64,000 bases of DNA from a bacterium (GCA_021814545.1 JAKAID010000002.1:7009-71008), one strand, 5' to 3'; positions 25,974 through 36,553 are shown, counted from the stretch's first letter. Numbers and translations are program-made. Notes: generated from the letters alone by a model not told the origin.

Positions 25974-26726
25974 TTATACCTCACTGTGGGCCGCTGCGCG
26001 CCGATACATGCAATACTCGCATGCGTCATCCGGCGCAGGAAGTTTTTCCTGCATAAGGCACTTCCGGATCTTTACAAGAGTACCTGGAAGCCACGCATCG
26101 CTCCCTTTGTACGGGATGAGCGTTACTGTAAATTCAAGTTTTTTGTCGAACGCCTTCGCATCTGCCCGGCCATTACAATACACGAAGTACCCCGTATCGC
26201 TCACCGCAAAGCCGTTCATCCTGAAAAGCCACTGGTATATTTCCATCTGCCGCTTGTAGCTCATCTCCCAGCCCGAACCCTCAAGCACTACCTCGCCCGC
26301 CTTTGAAGTGGCCTTGTAATCAACAACGATAAGCTCGCCCTTCGGATTCACCCACAGGTCATCGATGCCCCCAGTCACAAGAAGATTCGCCGGCTCGAAT
26401 ACGTGCTGAATACCGCGGCGAATCGCATCGCGCCATTCCTCCATTTTTTCATGCTTGAACGGGACCGCATCCACGCCGTAGGCATCCATGAGCGGGTGGG
26501 CGGTGCGCGCAACGCGGTGCACATCGAATTCCTTCTTGAGGAGCGCATCAACCGCGTTATTGAGCGTGAACGAAGGCGTGGGGGGGCGGTCGATGCCGAG
26601 GCGGCGGTCAAGATAGAAACAGCGCGGACAACGGATGAAATTCTCTATCTTCGACCGGCTAAGTTTGAACGGTGTTTTGCTTGCAGGGTTAAAACGATTC
26701 TGTGCGCGAGGGGCCGAATACGCCAT
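25974..26726 (-). CDS. PD-(D/E)xK nuclease, Cas4/RecB-like with Cys cluster
   Basis: N-terminal CPRCFYL, a core ...GGIDDL...VVDYKAT... (D...D/ExK), and C-terminal CEYC. Confidence 0.65.
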   Translation of the reverse strand: MAYSAPRAQNRFNPASKTPFKLSRSKIENFIRCPRCFYLDRRLGIDRPPTPSFTLNNAVDALLKKEFDVHRVARTAHPLMDAYGVDAVPFKHEKMEEWRDAIRRGIQHVFEPANLLVTGGIDDLWVNPKGELIVVDYKATSKAGEVVLEGSGWEMSYKRQMEIYQWLFRMNGFAVSDTGYFVYCNGRADAKAFDKKLEFTVTLIPYKGSDAWLPGTLVKIRKCLMQEKLPAPDDACEYCMYRRAAAHSEV

Positions 26727-26805
26727 GCGTTCATTGTATCACGAAAACAAAAGCCGCCCCTTAAATAAATAGGGGGCGGCCTTTGCTTTATTTATTCAGG
26801 GAGAC

Positions 26806-27099
26806 TTAAAAATCCCTCCTGCCTCCAAAACCACCGCGTGCGGGGCGGGACTCCATCGGACGCGCCTCATTTACCGTGAGGAGACGACCTCCGAAATCCT
26901 TGCCATTCCACACCTCGACGGCCTTCTGGACATCCGCATCATTCTCCATCTCGACGAAACCGAAACCGCGCGAGCGGCCCGTCATCTTGTCGATGATGAT
27001 AGATGCAGACGTTACCGGACCCACCTTCTCGAACGCGGTTTTCAATTCCGCATCGGTCGTGGCGTACGGCAAACCTCCAACATATAATCTCTTTGCCAT
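26806..27099 (-). CDS. RNA-binding protein (RRM domain) with Gly/Arg-rich tail
   Basis: LYVGGLPY (RNP2) and RGFGFVEM (RNP1), plus a RGGFGGRRDF tail. Confidence 0.8.
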   Translation of the reverse strand: MAKRLYVGGLPYATTDAELKTAFEKVGPVTSASIIIDKMTGRSRGFGFVEMENDADVQKAVEVWNGKDFGGRLLTVNEARPMESRPARGGFGGRRDF

Positions 27100-27245
27100 G
27101 TAACTGTGTTTTGCTTTGTAGGGCGACCACTCACTTGGATCCTCACACATTACGTGCAAAAGGGATTACCCCAATTGAGAAACCTACTTGCGATTAGAAT
27201 AGTACCACATGAACAGGAAATACGCAACCTGTGCATATACCCACG

Positions 27246-27449
27246 CTACCCTTCCACCTCCTTTTTGATTATTTTGAATTCATTCTCCACTGCGGCGAGG
27301 CGCTCCTTACTTGCCTTAATAAGCTTCCCCGCCTCCCTCACCTTTTGCAATGCCTCCTCGACATCCAGCTCCTCCTGCGAATCGAACCATTCCAATATCG
27401 CCGCGATTTCCTTAAGGTGCTCCCTAAATGTCTTTGTTTCTTTTGCCAT
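27246..27449 (-). CDS. xseB: Exodeoxyribonuclease VII small subunit
   Basis: 67 aa: FREHLKEIAAILEWFDSQEELDVEEALQKVREAGKL. Adjacent to xseA. Confidence 0.8.
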   Translation of the reverse strand: MAKETKTFREHLKEIAAILEWFDSQEELDVEEALQKVREAGKLIKASKERLAAVENEFKIIKKEVEG

Positions 27450-27460
27450 AAAAATGTTTG

Positions 27461-28633
27461 TTATTCGAGAGCAATAATTGTTGACTCCGCAACACCATCG
27501 CTGAACTGGAGGGAAAGCGCGCCGCCGACCTTCAGCCCCCTTACGCTTTTTACCACCTTACCACGTTCGCGCACGATAGAATACCCCAGCTTCAACTGAC
27601 GCGCAGGGTCATTCACCCGCATCACCCGTTCCGCGTTCGTGAGCCGCTCCTGTGCGCGGCGAAGCGCGTCCGCGGTGCGCTCAATTACAGAGCGCAGCGC
27701 GAAGTCGATATCAACCTTTGCGCGGCGCAGCGCGTCCTCAACCCTGCCCACGATGGCCGCAAACTGGCGCACCTTCGCGTACGCTTCCTCCCATGACCGA
27801 TTGAGCAAATTCGCGGCGGCGGTGGGGGTCGAGGTCATGAAGTCAGCCGCGAGCGCCGCGAGTGGCACATCCTGGTCGTGGCCGATGCCCGCAATGACCG
27901 GCACGGGAAACGTAACAAGTTCCCGCACGAGCATCTCGTTATTGAACGCCTGGAGCGATTCGAGCGAACCTCCGCCGCGTATCACCACAAGCACCTCGAT
28001 ATCTTTCCCGCGCAACGTGCGTATGGCGTCAACGAGCGGGCTGACCGCCTGCTGCCCCTCGACGCGTGAATCGACAAGCATCACCTCGTACCCGAATTTC
28101 CCTAAATTATTAATAAAGTCGTGAATGACCGCGCCCTCTTTTGAAGTAACGACGCCTATCTTCCGCGCCAATTCCGGCAGCGGGCGCTTCCGTTCGGGCG
28201 CGAAAACACCCTCGGCGGCAAGCTTCTTCTTCAACTCATCGTATGCCTTTTTGAGCGCTCCTTCGCCCTTGAATTCGATGGTACGAGCAACGAACGAGAA
28301 TCTGCCTGTGGGCGCATAGACCTGCGGGTTACCGGTTAAAATAAGTTCCATGCCGACCTGCATATCGATGCCGCACTGCTGATAATTGAATTTCCATATC
28401 ACGCAGTTCATCACCGCGTCCTCCTTCGCATCTTTCACAGTAAAATATACATGCCCGGACGCTGCGCGCTGCACCTGCGAAACCTCCCCTGTGATGCGCA
28501 CCTCCTGCTTCAGTCCCACGTTCAAAACCTCGATAAACTCGGCAACAGAAAACACGCGCTCTTCTTTTTTCTTCTTGGGGGCCGGCCCCTCGGGCTCTGC
28601 GAAAAGATTAAGATTGTTATTTTTGATTGCCAT
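27461..28633 (-). CDS. xseA: Exodeoxyribonuclease VII large subunit
   Basis: 390 aa with an OB-fold N-terminus and the catalytic-region motifs VIRGGGSLESL and AGIGHDQD. Confidence 0.85.
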   Translation of the reverse strand: MAIKNNNLNLFAEPEGPAPKKKKEERVFSVAEFIEVLNVGLKQEVRITGEVSQVQRAASGHVYFTVKDAKEDAVMNCVIWKFNYQQCGIDMQVGMELILTGNPQVYAPTGRFSFVARTIEFKGEGALKKAYDELKKKLAAEGVFAPERKRPLPELARKIGVVTSKEGAVIHDFINNLGKFGYEVMLVDSRVEGQQAVSPLVDAIRTLRGKDIEVLVVIRGGGSLESLQAFNNEMLVRELVTFPVPVIAGIGHDQDVPLAALAADFMTSTPTAAANLLNRSWEEAYAKVRQFAAIVGRVEDALRRAKVDIDFALRSVIERTADALRRAQERLTNAERVMRVNDPARQLKLGYSIVRERGKVVKSVRGLKVGGALSLQFSDGVAESTIIALE

Positions 28634-28638
28634 TATGA

Positions 28639-29835
28639 TCAGGATTTTTTTGCGGCAAGCGAACTTACATGGAACCTATTCGCAGCAAGGAAAAGGAGTA
28701 CCACGAGCGACGTGAAGCCGAATGTGACGGAGAAAAACACGTTTTGACCCAACACATTCGCAAGAACGATGAGCACGACAAGGAACGCGGCGCGGGCGAT
28801 TTGGTAGAGCACTTGTTGGCTCAAAATAAAGTGGCTTGAGTCGGGAATCGCGCGCGTAATTTTATAGAACTCGCTCGTCCATGCAACCATGAGCGCCGCG
28901 TACGCGACGCCACCCGCTACATGGCTCGCAACAACAAGCGCGGGACGAACAAGCGCGATGCGGGTAGCATAGACGAATGCATAGAGTACCGTCGACCACG
29001 CAAGAATGCTGCGCCGCCTCCCCGCGTCAGAGAGAAAGCCGACAAATATGGTGACGATAGCCGCCGCGAACAACCCCGCTGAAATAACACCGCCAAGGTC
29101 GCGCACCGAACCGACCGCAAGATAGACGAACAAGGGCCAGAGCACGCCGCCGACCGCAGCCTCCATCGCATAACCGATGCCGGATACATTGAAATATTGG
29201 AGCGCGGGGCGGCCCATATACTTGACTATCTCAAGCCGCGTCGAATGCGATTCGAGCGTGCGGCGCGGGAATGCAAAAAGCGGCAGCACCGAAAGCACTA
29301 AAATAATCGCGACAATGAAAAATGTGTATTGGAACCCAACGGTGGAAATGAGCAATCCCCCAAAGAGCGGCGCAACGAACTGGACGAGCGAGGTAAGCGC
29401 ATCGCGCGTGCCTATCTCTCGCCCTATCTTCCCGTCTTCCGAAGAGCGCGAAAATGCGAGGTTGTAACCGACATTAAACAGCAAAGTGCTTACCGCAAGA
29501 AGGACTGGCAACGCAAAGAAAAGCGCAGGAGAATCGGCTACATATTTTAATCCCAAAAAATAGAACACGAGCGGCGGCACGCTCAAAAACATCATCATCT
29601 TATCGCTCAAGCGCTCAATAAGAGGCAAGAAAAGAAAAGTGAGCGCAACGAATGCGAGCGAGCTCAAGAGATAGAAAAAGAGAATGCTTGCGAGAGAAAA
29701 ACCAGACCTCCAGAAAAGAACGGGGACGAACACGCTCACCAGTCCTCCAGCAAAATATTGGAGCGCGAGGGTTATCGAGAGCGCACCTATTTCCCGGGGC
29801 GGCGCGATATGAAAATGTATGCGGTCAAGAAGCAC
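28639..29835 (-). CDS. Multi-pass membrane transporter (MFS-like, putative)
   Basis: ~12 hydrophobic segments. The start is uncertain: the ORF track goes to 30024 but would overlap tig, so a GTG at ~29835 is proposed. Confidence 0.5.
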   Translation of the reverse strand: MLLDRIHFHIAPPREIGALSITLALQYFAGGLVSVFVPVLFWRSGFSLASILFFYLLSSLAFVALTFLFLPLIERLSDKMMMFLSVPPLVFYFLGLKYVADSPALFFALPVLLAVSTLLFNVGYNLAFSRSSEDGKIGREIGTRDALTSLVQFVAPLFGGLLISTVGFQYTFFIVAIILVLSVLPLFAFPRRTLESHSTRLEIVKYMGRPALQYFNVSGIGYAMEAAVGGVLWPLFVYLAVGSVRDLGGVISAGLFAAAIVTIFVGFLSDAGRRRSILAWSTVLYAFVYATRIALVRPALVVASHVAGGVAYAALMVAWTSEFYKITRAIPDSSHFILSQQVLYQIARAAFLVVLIVLANVLGQNVFFSVTFGFTSLVVLLFLAANRFHVSSLAAKKS

Positions 29836-29892
29836 GTGTCCATCATTATAACACTTGCCCCGGCCCCTGCCGTATAGTAAGGTAGAGGCACC

Positions 29893-30912
29893 ATGGAACC
29901 AGCAAAACTCTACACGAACCTGAAGGTCGGCAAGCCCGTCGACGCCACGATCGAAATTACAGGCGAGGTGCCCGCCCCCATTCTCGAGGTGCACCGCAAA
30001 GAAGTTTTGGAAAAGGTGAAGCACGGACTCGAAGTTCCCGGCTTCCGCAAGGGTAACGTTCCCGAAGCGGTCGTGTTAAAGCACGTGAATATGAACCATG
30101 TGCTCGAAGATGCGGCTGAGGAGGCGCTGAACACTGCCTACCCCGCGATTATCGATGAGTACAAGCTCGCACCGCAGAGCGCGCCGCGCATTACGCTCGT
30201 AAAACTTGCACTCGGAAGCCCCTTGGAGTTCAAGATGAGTATCGCAGTGGAACCGGAAGTGACGCCCCCCAACTACAAAAAGATAGCAGCTGCGGTGAAA
30301 GCAAAAGCAAAGCCCGTCGAGGTCACCGAAAGGGATGTCGACGAAGTTTTGGGGCAACTCCTCACGATGCGTTCGTCCGAAGGGGCAAAAACGGAGCTTA
30401 CGGACGAATTCGTAAAAACACTTGGTAAATTCGAGAACGTTGCTGACTTTAAGGCAAAGCTCAAAGAGAACATCAAAACCGAAAAAGAAGATGAAGCGCG
30501 CCGCCTCCGTTATGAGGAGCTCGCACAAGAGCTCGCCGCGGGAGCGAAGTTCGCCCTCTCCCCGCTCCTCATCGAAGATGAGGTATACGCGGCACACGGC
30601 CGTCTCCACCGCGAACTTGAGAAGCGGAAGATGAGCGCCGAAGAATACTTCAAGATCATCAAAAAAACCGAAGAAGAATACATGAAGGAGAAGAAGGAGG
30701 CCATCACCCGCCAGCTGAAGACCAAGTTCATCTTGAAAGCCATCGCCGCGAAAGAGAACATCAAACCCGACGAGAAAGAAGTGGAAACCGAGCTCCAGCA
30801 CGCTGCCCGACACTATCCGAACGCGAACCCTGAAGCATTTCGCGCCTACATTGAAGAGATGATGGCGAACGAAAAAACGCTGAAATTCCTTGAAGAGGCG
30901 AACTGGAAATAA
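29893..30912 (+). CDS. tig: Trigger factor, short form lacking the PPIase domain
   Basis: N-terminal LEVPGFRKGNVP ribosome-binding signature and a C-terminal chaperone arm. Only 339 aa. Confidence 0.8.
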   Translation: MEPAKLYTNLKVGKPVDATIEITGEVPAPILEVHRKEVLEKVKHGLEVPGFRKGNVPEAVVLKHVNMNHVLEDAAEEALNTAYPAIIDEYKLAPQSAPRITLVKLALGSPLEFKMSIAVEPEVTPPNYKKIAAAVKAKAKPVEVTERDVDEVLGQLLTMRSSEGAKTELTDEFVKTLGKFENVADFKAKLKENIKTEKEDEARRLRYEELAQELAAGAKFALSPLLIEDEVYAAHGRLHRELEKRKMSAEEYFKIIKKTEEEYMKEKKEAITRQLKTKFILKAIAAKENIKPDEKEVETELQHAARHYPNANPEAFRAYIEEMMANEKTLKFLEEANWK

Positions 30913-30959
30913 GCGCACAAAAACCCGCGTACAACGCGGGTTTTTCTTTCCGGCGAATA

Positions 30960-31382
30960 CTAAGAGAACGAGATAAGCATCGCGCCAAAGGTCATGAGGA
31001 GCGCACCAAGCGCTGACTTCCATCCAAACGTCTCCCCCAGAAACAATGCCGCGAAGATAACCACGAACACGATACTCGTGCGGTCGATAGCCGCAACGCG
31101 CGAAGCACCGCCTATCTTCAATGCAAAAAAGTAAAAAAGCCACGAGAGTGCACCCGCGATGCCGGAGAGCGCTATCATAAGCCAGTCGCGCCCGCCGAAT
31201 GACTGGAGCGAAAACCCATCAAATTTGCGGAGCGCGAGCGAAGTAAGCACAAGGACGCCCGCCATAATAATAGAGCGAATGGTCGTCGCAAGCGTGGTAT
31301 CAACGTCTTTGAGCCCGATTTTCCCGAATATCGCGACGAGCGCGGCGGTAATAGATGAGAGAAGTGCGTAAATCGCCCACAT
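30960..31382 (-). CDS. EamA/DMT-family small membrane transporter (half-size)
   Basis: Four to five TM segments. ...LFLGETFGW... is typical of EamA. Confidence 0.6.
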   Translation of the reverse strand: MWAIYALLSSITAALVAIFGKIGLKDVDTTLATTIRSIIMAGVLVLTSLALRKFDGFSLQSFGGRDWLMIALSGIAGALSWLFYFFALKIGGASRVAAIDRTSIVFVVIFAALFLGETFGWKSALGALLMTFGAMLISFS

Positions 31383-31386
31383 AAAA

Positions 31387-32283
31387 TTAGAGTTGTTTGA
31401 GAAGCGAGTCGAATACCTCGCGCGCACTCTCGCCTTTTATTGCAACGCGATGGACCGCAGAAAGCAGCTTGAACTGTCCCTGCTCGCGCTTCGGCAGAAG
31501 CTTCATAAGGGGGGTGAGCGAAACCAGTCCCTCGCTGGGCGGCGTCTTCCGCTTCTTGATAAGCATCGCCCCCACCTCCACATTTTTCGAGAACGGACTA
31601 TAGCCGGTAGCGACAAGGTCAACCGCTCCTGAATTCCCGTATGTTGTCTGCCGCTTTCCGCCAAAGATGGGGAGCAGACGTTCCATCTCATGAACCGCGG
31701 AAATGGCAAACTTCGCCCGCGCATTCCCCCCCCACTTCAAACCGTGCGCAATACCAAGCCCGAGAGCATACACATTTTTGAGAACGCCCGCGAACGATAC
31801 GCCTCGCACATCATTCGAACCCTCAAGATGGACATGGGAACGTTTGAAAAGGTCGAGTATTCTCGCACGAACCTCCGCGCGTGTTGACGCAGCAACGCCG
31901 AAGCCTGGTAGTCCGCCCAAGAGCTCCTCGGCGAGCATCGCGCCGCTCACGAGCGCAATGGGTTGCCGCTCGTGGAGCGTACGCGCAAGCAGGTCATACG
32001 CCGTCTCCCCCGTCTCCTGCTGAAGCCCCTTTGAGACGGTTATGACTACGGTGTTTTTGTGGATGAATGGCGTTGTCGAAGTAAGCGCCGCGGGCATGCA
32101 CCACGAGGGCACGCAAAAGAAAAGATAGTCCGCACGTGGGACTATCTCGAACAACGATTTTTGACCGCTTACTTTCCCTGGGCAAATATCCCAGGCGCTT
32201 ATATCCGCGTGTGCCGCCTTGAGCACGGCCGAGAGCGCCTGTCCTATCTCTCCCATGCCCACCATCACGATGCGCGGCTTCAT
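31387..32283 (-). CDS. gpsA: NAD(P)H-dependent glycerol-3-phosphate dehydrogenase
   Basis: IVMVGMGEIGQALS Rossmann motif, plus GVLKNVYALGLG and a KxxxxNVEVG C-terminal domain. Confidence 0.85.
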   Translation of the reverse strand: MKPRIVMVGMGEIGQALSAVLKAAHADISAWDICPGKVSGQKSLFEIVPRADYLFFCVPSWCMPAALTSTTPFIHKNTVVITVSKGLQQETGETAYDLLARTLHERQPIALVSGAMLAEELLGGLPGFGVAASTRAEVRARILDLFKRSHVHLEGSNDVRGVSFAGVLKNVYALGLGIAHGLKWGGNARAKFAISAVHEMERLLPIFGGKRQTTYGNSGAVDLVATGYSPFSKNVEVGAMLIKKRKTPPSEGLVSLTPLMKLLPKREQGQFKLLSAVHRVAIKGESAREVFDSLLKQL

Positions 32284-32290
32284 GTGTTCA

Positions 32291-32941
32291 TTATACCTTT
32301 AATTTCGAAACGGGACACTGCGCGTGGTCATGTGCTTTTGCGGGGCAATACTCGCGCCCGTAGGCGATAATGCGAAGAGAAAGCCCTCGCCACGCTTTGC
32401 GCGGCACAAGGACCATAAGGTCCTGCTCGATTTTCTCTGGATCGTTCTCGTACGTGAGTCCCCAGAGGCGGGCAAGGCGCCGTACATGAGTATCAACTGC
32501 GATACCTTCCACAATGCCGTAGGCACTTTCCAAAATAATGTTCGCGGTTTTCCTCCCGACACCGGGAATAGCCACCAATGCTTCCATCGTCTGCGGTACT
32601 TCCCCGTGGAACGTCTTTGCGACCATGCGTGCCGCCGCAAGGATATTCTTTGCCTTGTTTTTATAAAAACCGGTGGGCCGTATCTCACGCTCAAGGTCCG
32701 CAGGGCGCGCGCGAAGATAACTCTCGAACGTCTTGTATTTTTTGAAGAGTGTTGCAGTAACCTCGTTTACTTTTTTGTCGGTGCACTGTGCAGAAAGTAC
32801 GACCGCGACAAGAAGCTCCCAGGGAGTGCGCGCATTGAGCGAAACGTGCGCTTCGGGATAGAGCTTGTGGAGCAGTGCGATTATCTTTGCCGCGCGCTTC
32901 TTCCGCTCTTCCATTGTTGCCGCATCGATCGTGTACTTCAT
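32291..32941 (-). CDS. nth: Endonuclease III
   Basis: VVLSAQCTDKKVNEVT, LVAIPGVGRKTANIIL and a C-terminal CxxxxxxCP Fe-S region. Confidence 0.85.
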   Translation of the reverse strand: MKYTIDAATMEERKKRAAKIIALLHKLYPEAHVSLNARTPWELLVAVVLSAQCTDKKVNEVTATLFKKYKTFESYLRARPADLEREIRPTGFYKNKAKNILAAARMVAKTFHGEVPQTMEALVAIPGVGRKTANIILESAYGIVEGIAVDTHVRRLARLWGLTYENDPEKIEQDLMVLVPRKAWRGLSLRIIAYGREYCPAKAHDHAQCPVSKLKV

Positions 32942-33028
32942 TAGCGATGGAATCCGAACGCTGAATACCCGAGATATGCGAACACGAGTCCCGCGATGAT
33001 AAATATCCAAAATTCGAGATGCTTCATA

Positions 33029-34273
33029 TTATTCGTAACGCAACGCCTCAATGGGACTTTTCTTCGCCGCCTGCCGTGCGGGATAGAGCCCAAATACAAG
33101 CCCGGTGAGCGTGGAGACTCCTGCCGCAAGCCCTATCGCCGAAACAGGGAGGGAGAATACCCAATTCGTCTTCACGATGTCCACCAGAATAAAGTAAATG
33201 CCTACCGTGAGCAATCCGCCCACCATAATGCCGACGAGCCCACCAACGAACGTGAGAATAACGGACTCCCATAAGAACTGCTGTAAAATATCGCCGTTCG
33301 TTGCACCCACTGCTTTGCGAAGACCTATCTCGCGCGTGCGCTCAATGACCGACACGAGCATGATGTTCATAATGCCGATGCCGCCCACAACAAGCGAGAT
33401 AAATGCGATAGAGGTGAGGAAAAGCGTGAGAATGGAGGTGATGTTTCCGAGAAGCGAAAGCGCGTCTTCCTGCGTGCGGATGTCAAAGTCATCCTTGTCC
33501 GGGTTCGTAATGTGGTGACTCTCGCGGATGATGGAAAAAACGCGCTGCTTCACGAACTCCGACGTGTAAGAATCGCTTGCCTGGAGCGTAATGAGGTTAT
33601 AATAATCAATACCCAAAAGCTGTTTCTGCGCCACCGTGATGGGAATTATAACAGCATTGTCCTGGTCGATGCCGCCGGGGCCGACACCCTTCGGCTCTAA
33701 CACGCCCACCACGCGGAATGCCACGTCCTTCAGTCGTATCATTTTCCCGAGCGGGTCATAACCGCCAAAAAGCGTCTTTGCTATCTCCGAACCCAAAACC
33801 GCAACACGCTCGTATGAATTGACCTCTCCATCGGTGAATGTGCGGCCCTCAGCGACCACAAAATCCCTCACGCTAAAATAGGGCCCCGTGACACCAATGA
33901 ATGTGGCGGTGGTATCATTGCTCCCATACACGATTTTTGCCTGACCACGCACCTCGGGCGCCACCGCGACGATAGACGCCTCGCGTGAGAGCGCATCCGC
34001 ATCCTCCTTTACGAGCGTCTTAATGATGATGCCCTGCGATGCGGCGGGGGAAGAAAATTTACTGCTCTTCGAGGCGCCGGGGAGCACGAAGACGAGATTG
34101 GAACCTATTCCCTTAACCTGATTTATGATGACCGCCTGCGCGGAATTCCCAATAGACATAAGAAGAATAACGGACGCGATGCCGATAACGATACCGAGCA
34201 TCGTAAGGAACGACCGCATTTTTGCGTGCCGCACGCCCGCCACCGCCATCCTAATAGAATCGTATGCGCGCAT
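33029..34273 (-). CDS. ABC transporter permease (MacB/FtsX-like)
   Basis: 414 aa with an N-terminal TM helix, a large periplasmic domain and a C-terminal 3-TM FtsX domain. Confidence 0.8.
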   Translation of the reverse strand: MRAYDSIRMAVAGVRHAKMRSFLTMLGIVIGIASVILLMSIGNSAQAVIINQVKGIGSNLVFVLPGASKSSKFSSPAASQGIIIKTLVKEDADALSREASIVAVAPEVRGQAKIVYGSNDTTATFIGVTGPYFSVRDFVVAEGRTFTDGEVNSYERVAVLGSEIAKTLFGGYDPLGKMIRLKDVAFRVVGVLEPKGVGPGGIDQDNAVIIPITVAQKQLLGIDYYNLITLQASDSYTSEFVKQRVFSIIRESHHITNPDKDDFDIRTQEDALSLLGNITSILTLFLTSIAFISLVVGGIGIMNIMLVSVIERTREIGLRKAVGATNGDILQQFLWESVILTFVGGLVGIMVGGLLTVGIYFILVDIVKTNWVFSLPVSAIGLAAGVSTLTGLVFGLYPARQAAKKSPIEALRYE

Positions 34274-34274
34274 G

Positions 34275-34988
34275 TTATTTGAAAAATTCCGCTTTTGAAT
34301 GCCGCGCCTTCACGATGGGCCTATCAGAGTCAAGCCGCCCATCCTTAATATGAATGAGGCGGTTCGCGAATTCCGCCGTATACGTTTCGTGCGTCACAAG
34401 AATAATGGTATGCCCTTTCTCGTGGAGGTCGTGCAAAATGGACATGACCTGCGCCCCCGACTTTGAGTCGAGGTTGCCGGTAGGTTCATCGGCAAAGATA
34501 ACACCGGGATTGCCGATGAGCGCCCGTGCAATCGCAACACGTTGTTTCTGGCCGCCAGAGAGCTTCCCCGCCTCCATATATAATTTCTCTTCGAGCCCCA
34601 CGCTCGCCACGGCGCGTTCCACAAGATGCTTCCGCCGCTCGATGGGTACGTCATGCGAATACATAAGCGGCATTGCCACATTCTCGAAAACTGTATGGCG
34701 CGAGAGGAGGTTGAATGACTGGAAAATGAACCCCATTTCGCTGTTGCGGATATGCGCCATATCAAGGTCAGTGAGATCATTCACATTATGCCCGTTGAAA
34801 AAATACTCGCCGCTGGTCGGCCGATCCAAGAAACTCAAAATATGGAGCAACGTAGACTTGCCGGAACCAGAAGGCCCCATAATGGCAACGAACTCCCCCT
34901 TTTTTATTTCGAAGGAAACCCCCGCAAGCGCGAGCGTAGATTCGCCTTCGTCCTCATAACGTTTTTCGATACCGACCAGCTTTATCAT
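34275..34988 (-). CDS. ABC transporter ATP-binding protein (MacB/LolD-type)
   Basis: Walker [10 protein letters not shown], the signature LSGGQKQR, and Walker [12 protein letters not shown]. Confidence 0.9.
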   Translation of the reverse strand: MIKLVGIEKRYEDEGESTLALAGVSFEIKKGEFVAIMGPSGSGKSTLLHILSFLDRPTSGEYFFNGHNVNDLTDLDMAHIRNSEMGFIFQSFNLLSRHTVFENVAMPLMYSHDVPIERRKHLVERAVASVGLEEKLYMEAGKLSGGQKQRVAIARALIGNPGVIFADEPTGNLDSKSGAQVMSILHDLHEKGHTIILVTHETYTAEFANRLIHIKDGRLDSDRPIVKARHSKAEFFK

Positions 34989-36553
34989 TATTTCGTCGCA
35001 TTCGCCCTCAATCCCACGTTCACCACGTCCTGGTTCTCATATACGCCGCTCACCACCTCCACAAAGCCATTGTTGCGAATGCCGAGGGTCACCTGGGTGT
35101 CGATGGTGGTCCCGTCGAGCTGTACCGTACGCACAAAAGCGCCCTTATCATTCTCAATGACCGCGGATTCCGGCAACACAAGCACGCCCGCCTTCTTCAC
35201 ACTCTCTATCTCAAGATTCGCGGTAAGGCCGCTCCTGAACTTCGCGTTTGCCTCACTGAACCGGATGGTAACCTTAAAATTCACCACGCCATCAATGACC
35301 GTTTCCGCCGGGTCAATGTAAGAGACTGTTCCGGAGAATTTCTCTCCAGGGAACGCATCGAGCGTAATGGCGACTGACTTTCCGATCGCAATGCGACCAA
35401 CATCGACTTCGGGTACATTCGCTTCTATCTCAAGATTTTGCTCCCCCATAATGGTGATAAGTACCGCATTCGGTGCCGCTATCTCGCCCGCCTTCGCATC
35501 CTGCTTCGTCACAATGCCTGCGATGGGCGCGTAGAGCGTCCCTTTCGCGATCTGTGCCTGGATGGAAACGACGTTCGCCTGCGCCTGCTTCACCTGTGCA
35601 TCCTGCGCTGCGATACTCTCTGCGGTGGAACCCGCCTGGAGCAGCGCGAGTTCATTCCGCACCCGCTCGACGATAACTCGTTGTGCCGCAATGGCCTGCT
35701 GCTGCGCGCTCACGGCGGAAACTGCTGTACTTACATTCGCACGCCCAAGTCCGATATTTGCCTTATAGGTAGCCGCATCAGCGGGCGCCACGCCGGAAGA
35801 CTTGTTAACCGCATCAAGTGCATGGCTCAAATAATCACGGACTACATACATATGCTGATTACCGCTCTGGAGCAGCAAATCAAGGTCGGCTTGCGAGGAG
35901 GTTGCAGAGACAGAAGAGAGTTCCTTGCGCCACGCACGAAGCTCCACGCCGGATGCCTTGCGTGAATTCACCACGTCTATCTGGACCTGCGTATCGGTAA
36001 CCGCGAACACGAGCTGTGGCGAATCGGAATCGCCGTTCCAGAATATTGTGTCAGCCTTGGTGCGGACCGCATCATCCGCCTTCGTATATGCATCATTCAG
36101 CACGTCGAGCACGCTTGCATAATTATTCGTAAGGTCCTGCTCGGCCTTCTTGAGCTCTGCGATCTTTACCTGTATCTCTTCGGGGCGCGTCCCCTGTTTC
36201 AGCTCGTCGAGCTTTGCCGCTTGCGCCTCAACATTTGCTTGTGCCTGAAGCAAGTTGGCGGCAAGCTCGCTCGTGTCGAGATACGCGAGCGACTGGCCCG
36301 CCGTCACCTTGTCACCTATTTTTACGAACACATCCTTTATTTTCCCTCCTTTTTCGAATGCAAGGTCGACGCTGTCGGCCGGTTTAATACGCCCGGTCAC
36401 GGTAACGATTGAAGAAATGTCGCTCTTGGTCACTGCGGTAAGCTGGTAAACCGGAGGGCGAGTGATGCGATAATACCAAAACCCTCCGCCTCCCAACGCA
36501 AGAATGGCAAGAATGACAGGGAACCAATAACTCCTCCGTTTAGTTCGTTTCAT
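34988..36553 (-). CDS. HlyD/MacA-type periplasmic adaptor (membrane fusion protein) with long coiled coil
   Basis: N-terminal TM helix, an extended Ala/Gln-rich coiled coil, and a beta-barrel C-terminus. Overlaps the ATPase gene by 1 nt. Confidence 0.75.
   Translation of the reverse strand: MKRTKRRSYWFPVILAILALGGGGFWYYRITRPPVYQLTAVTKSDISSIVTVTGRIKPADSVDLAFEKGGKIKDVFVKIGDKVTAGQSLAYLDTSELAANLLQAQANVEAQAAKLDELKQGTRPEEIQVKIAELKKAEQDLTNNYASVLDVLNDAYTKADDAVRTKADTIFWNGDSDSPQLVFAVTDTQVQIDVVNSRKASGVELRAWRKELSSVSATSSQADLDLLLQSGNQHMYVVRDYLSHALDAVNKSSGVAPADAATYKANIGLGRANVSTAVSAVSAQQQAIAAQRVIVERVRNELALLQAGSTAESIAAQDAQVKQAQANVVSIQAQIAKGTLYAPIAGIVTKQDAKAGEIAAPNAVLITIMGEQNLEIEANVPEVDVGRIAIGKSVAITLDAFPGEKFSGTVSYIDPAETVIDGVVNFKVTIRFSEANAKFRSGLTANLEIESVKKAGVLVLPESAVIENDKGAFVRTVQLDGTTIDTQVTLGIRNNGFVEVVSGVYENQDVVNVGLRANATK

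Noticed and set aside
29836-30024. ORF-track start of the transporter at 30024.
   Set aside because: It would overlap the divergent tig gene start by ~130 nt, so a later GTG start is more likely.
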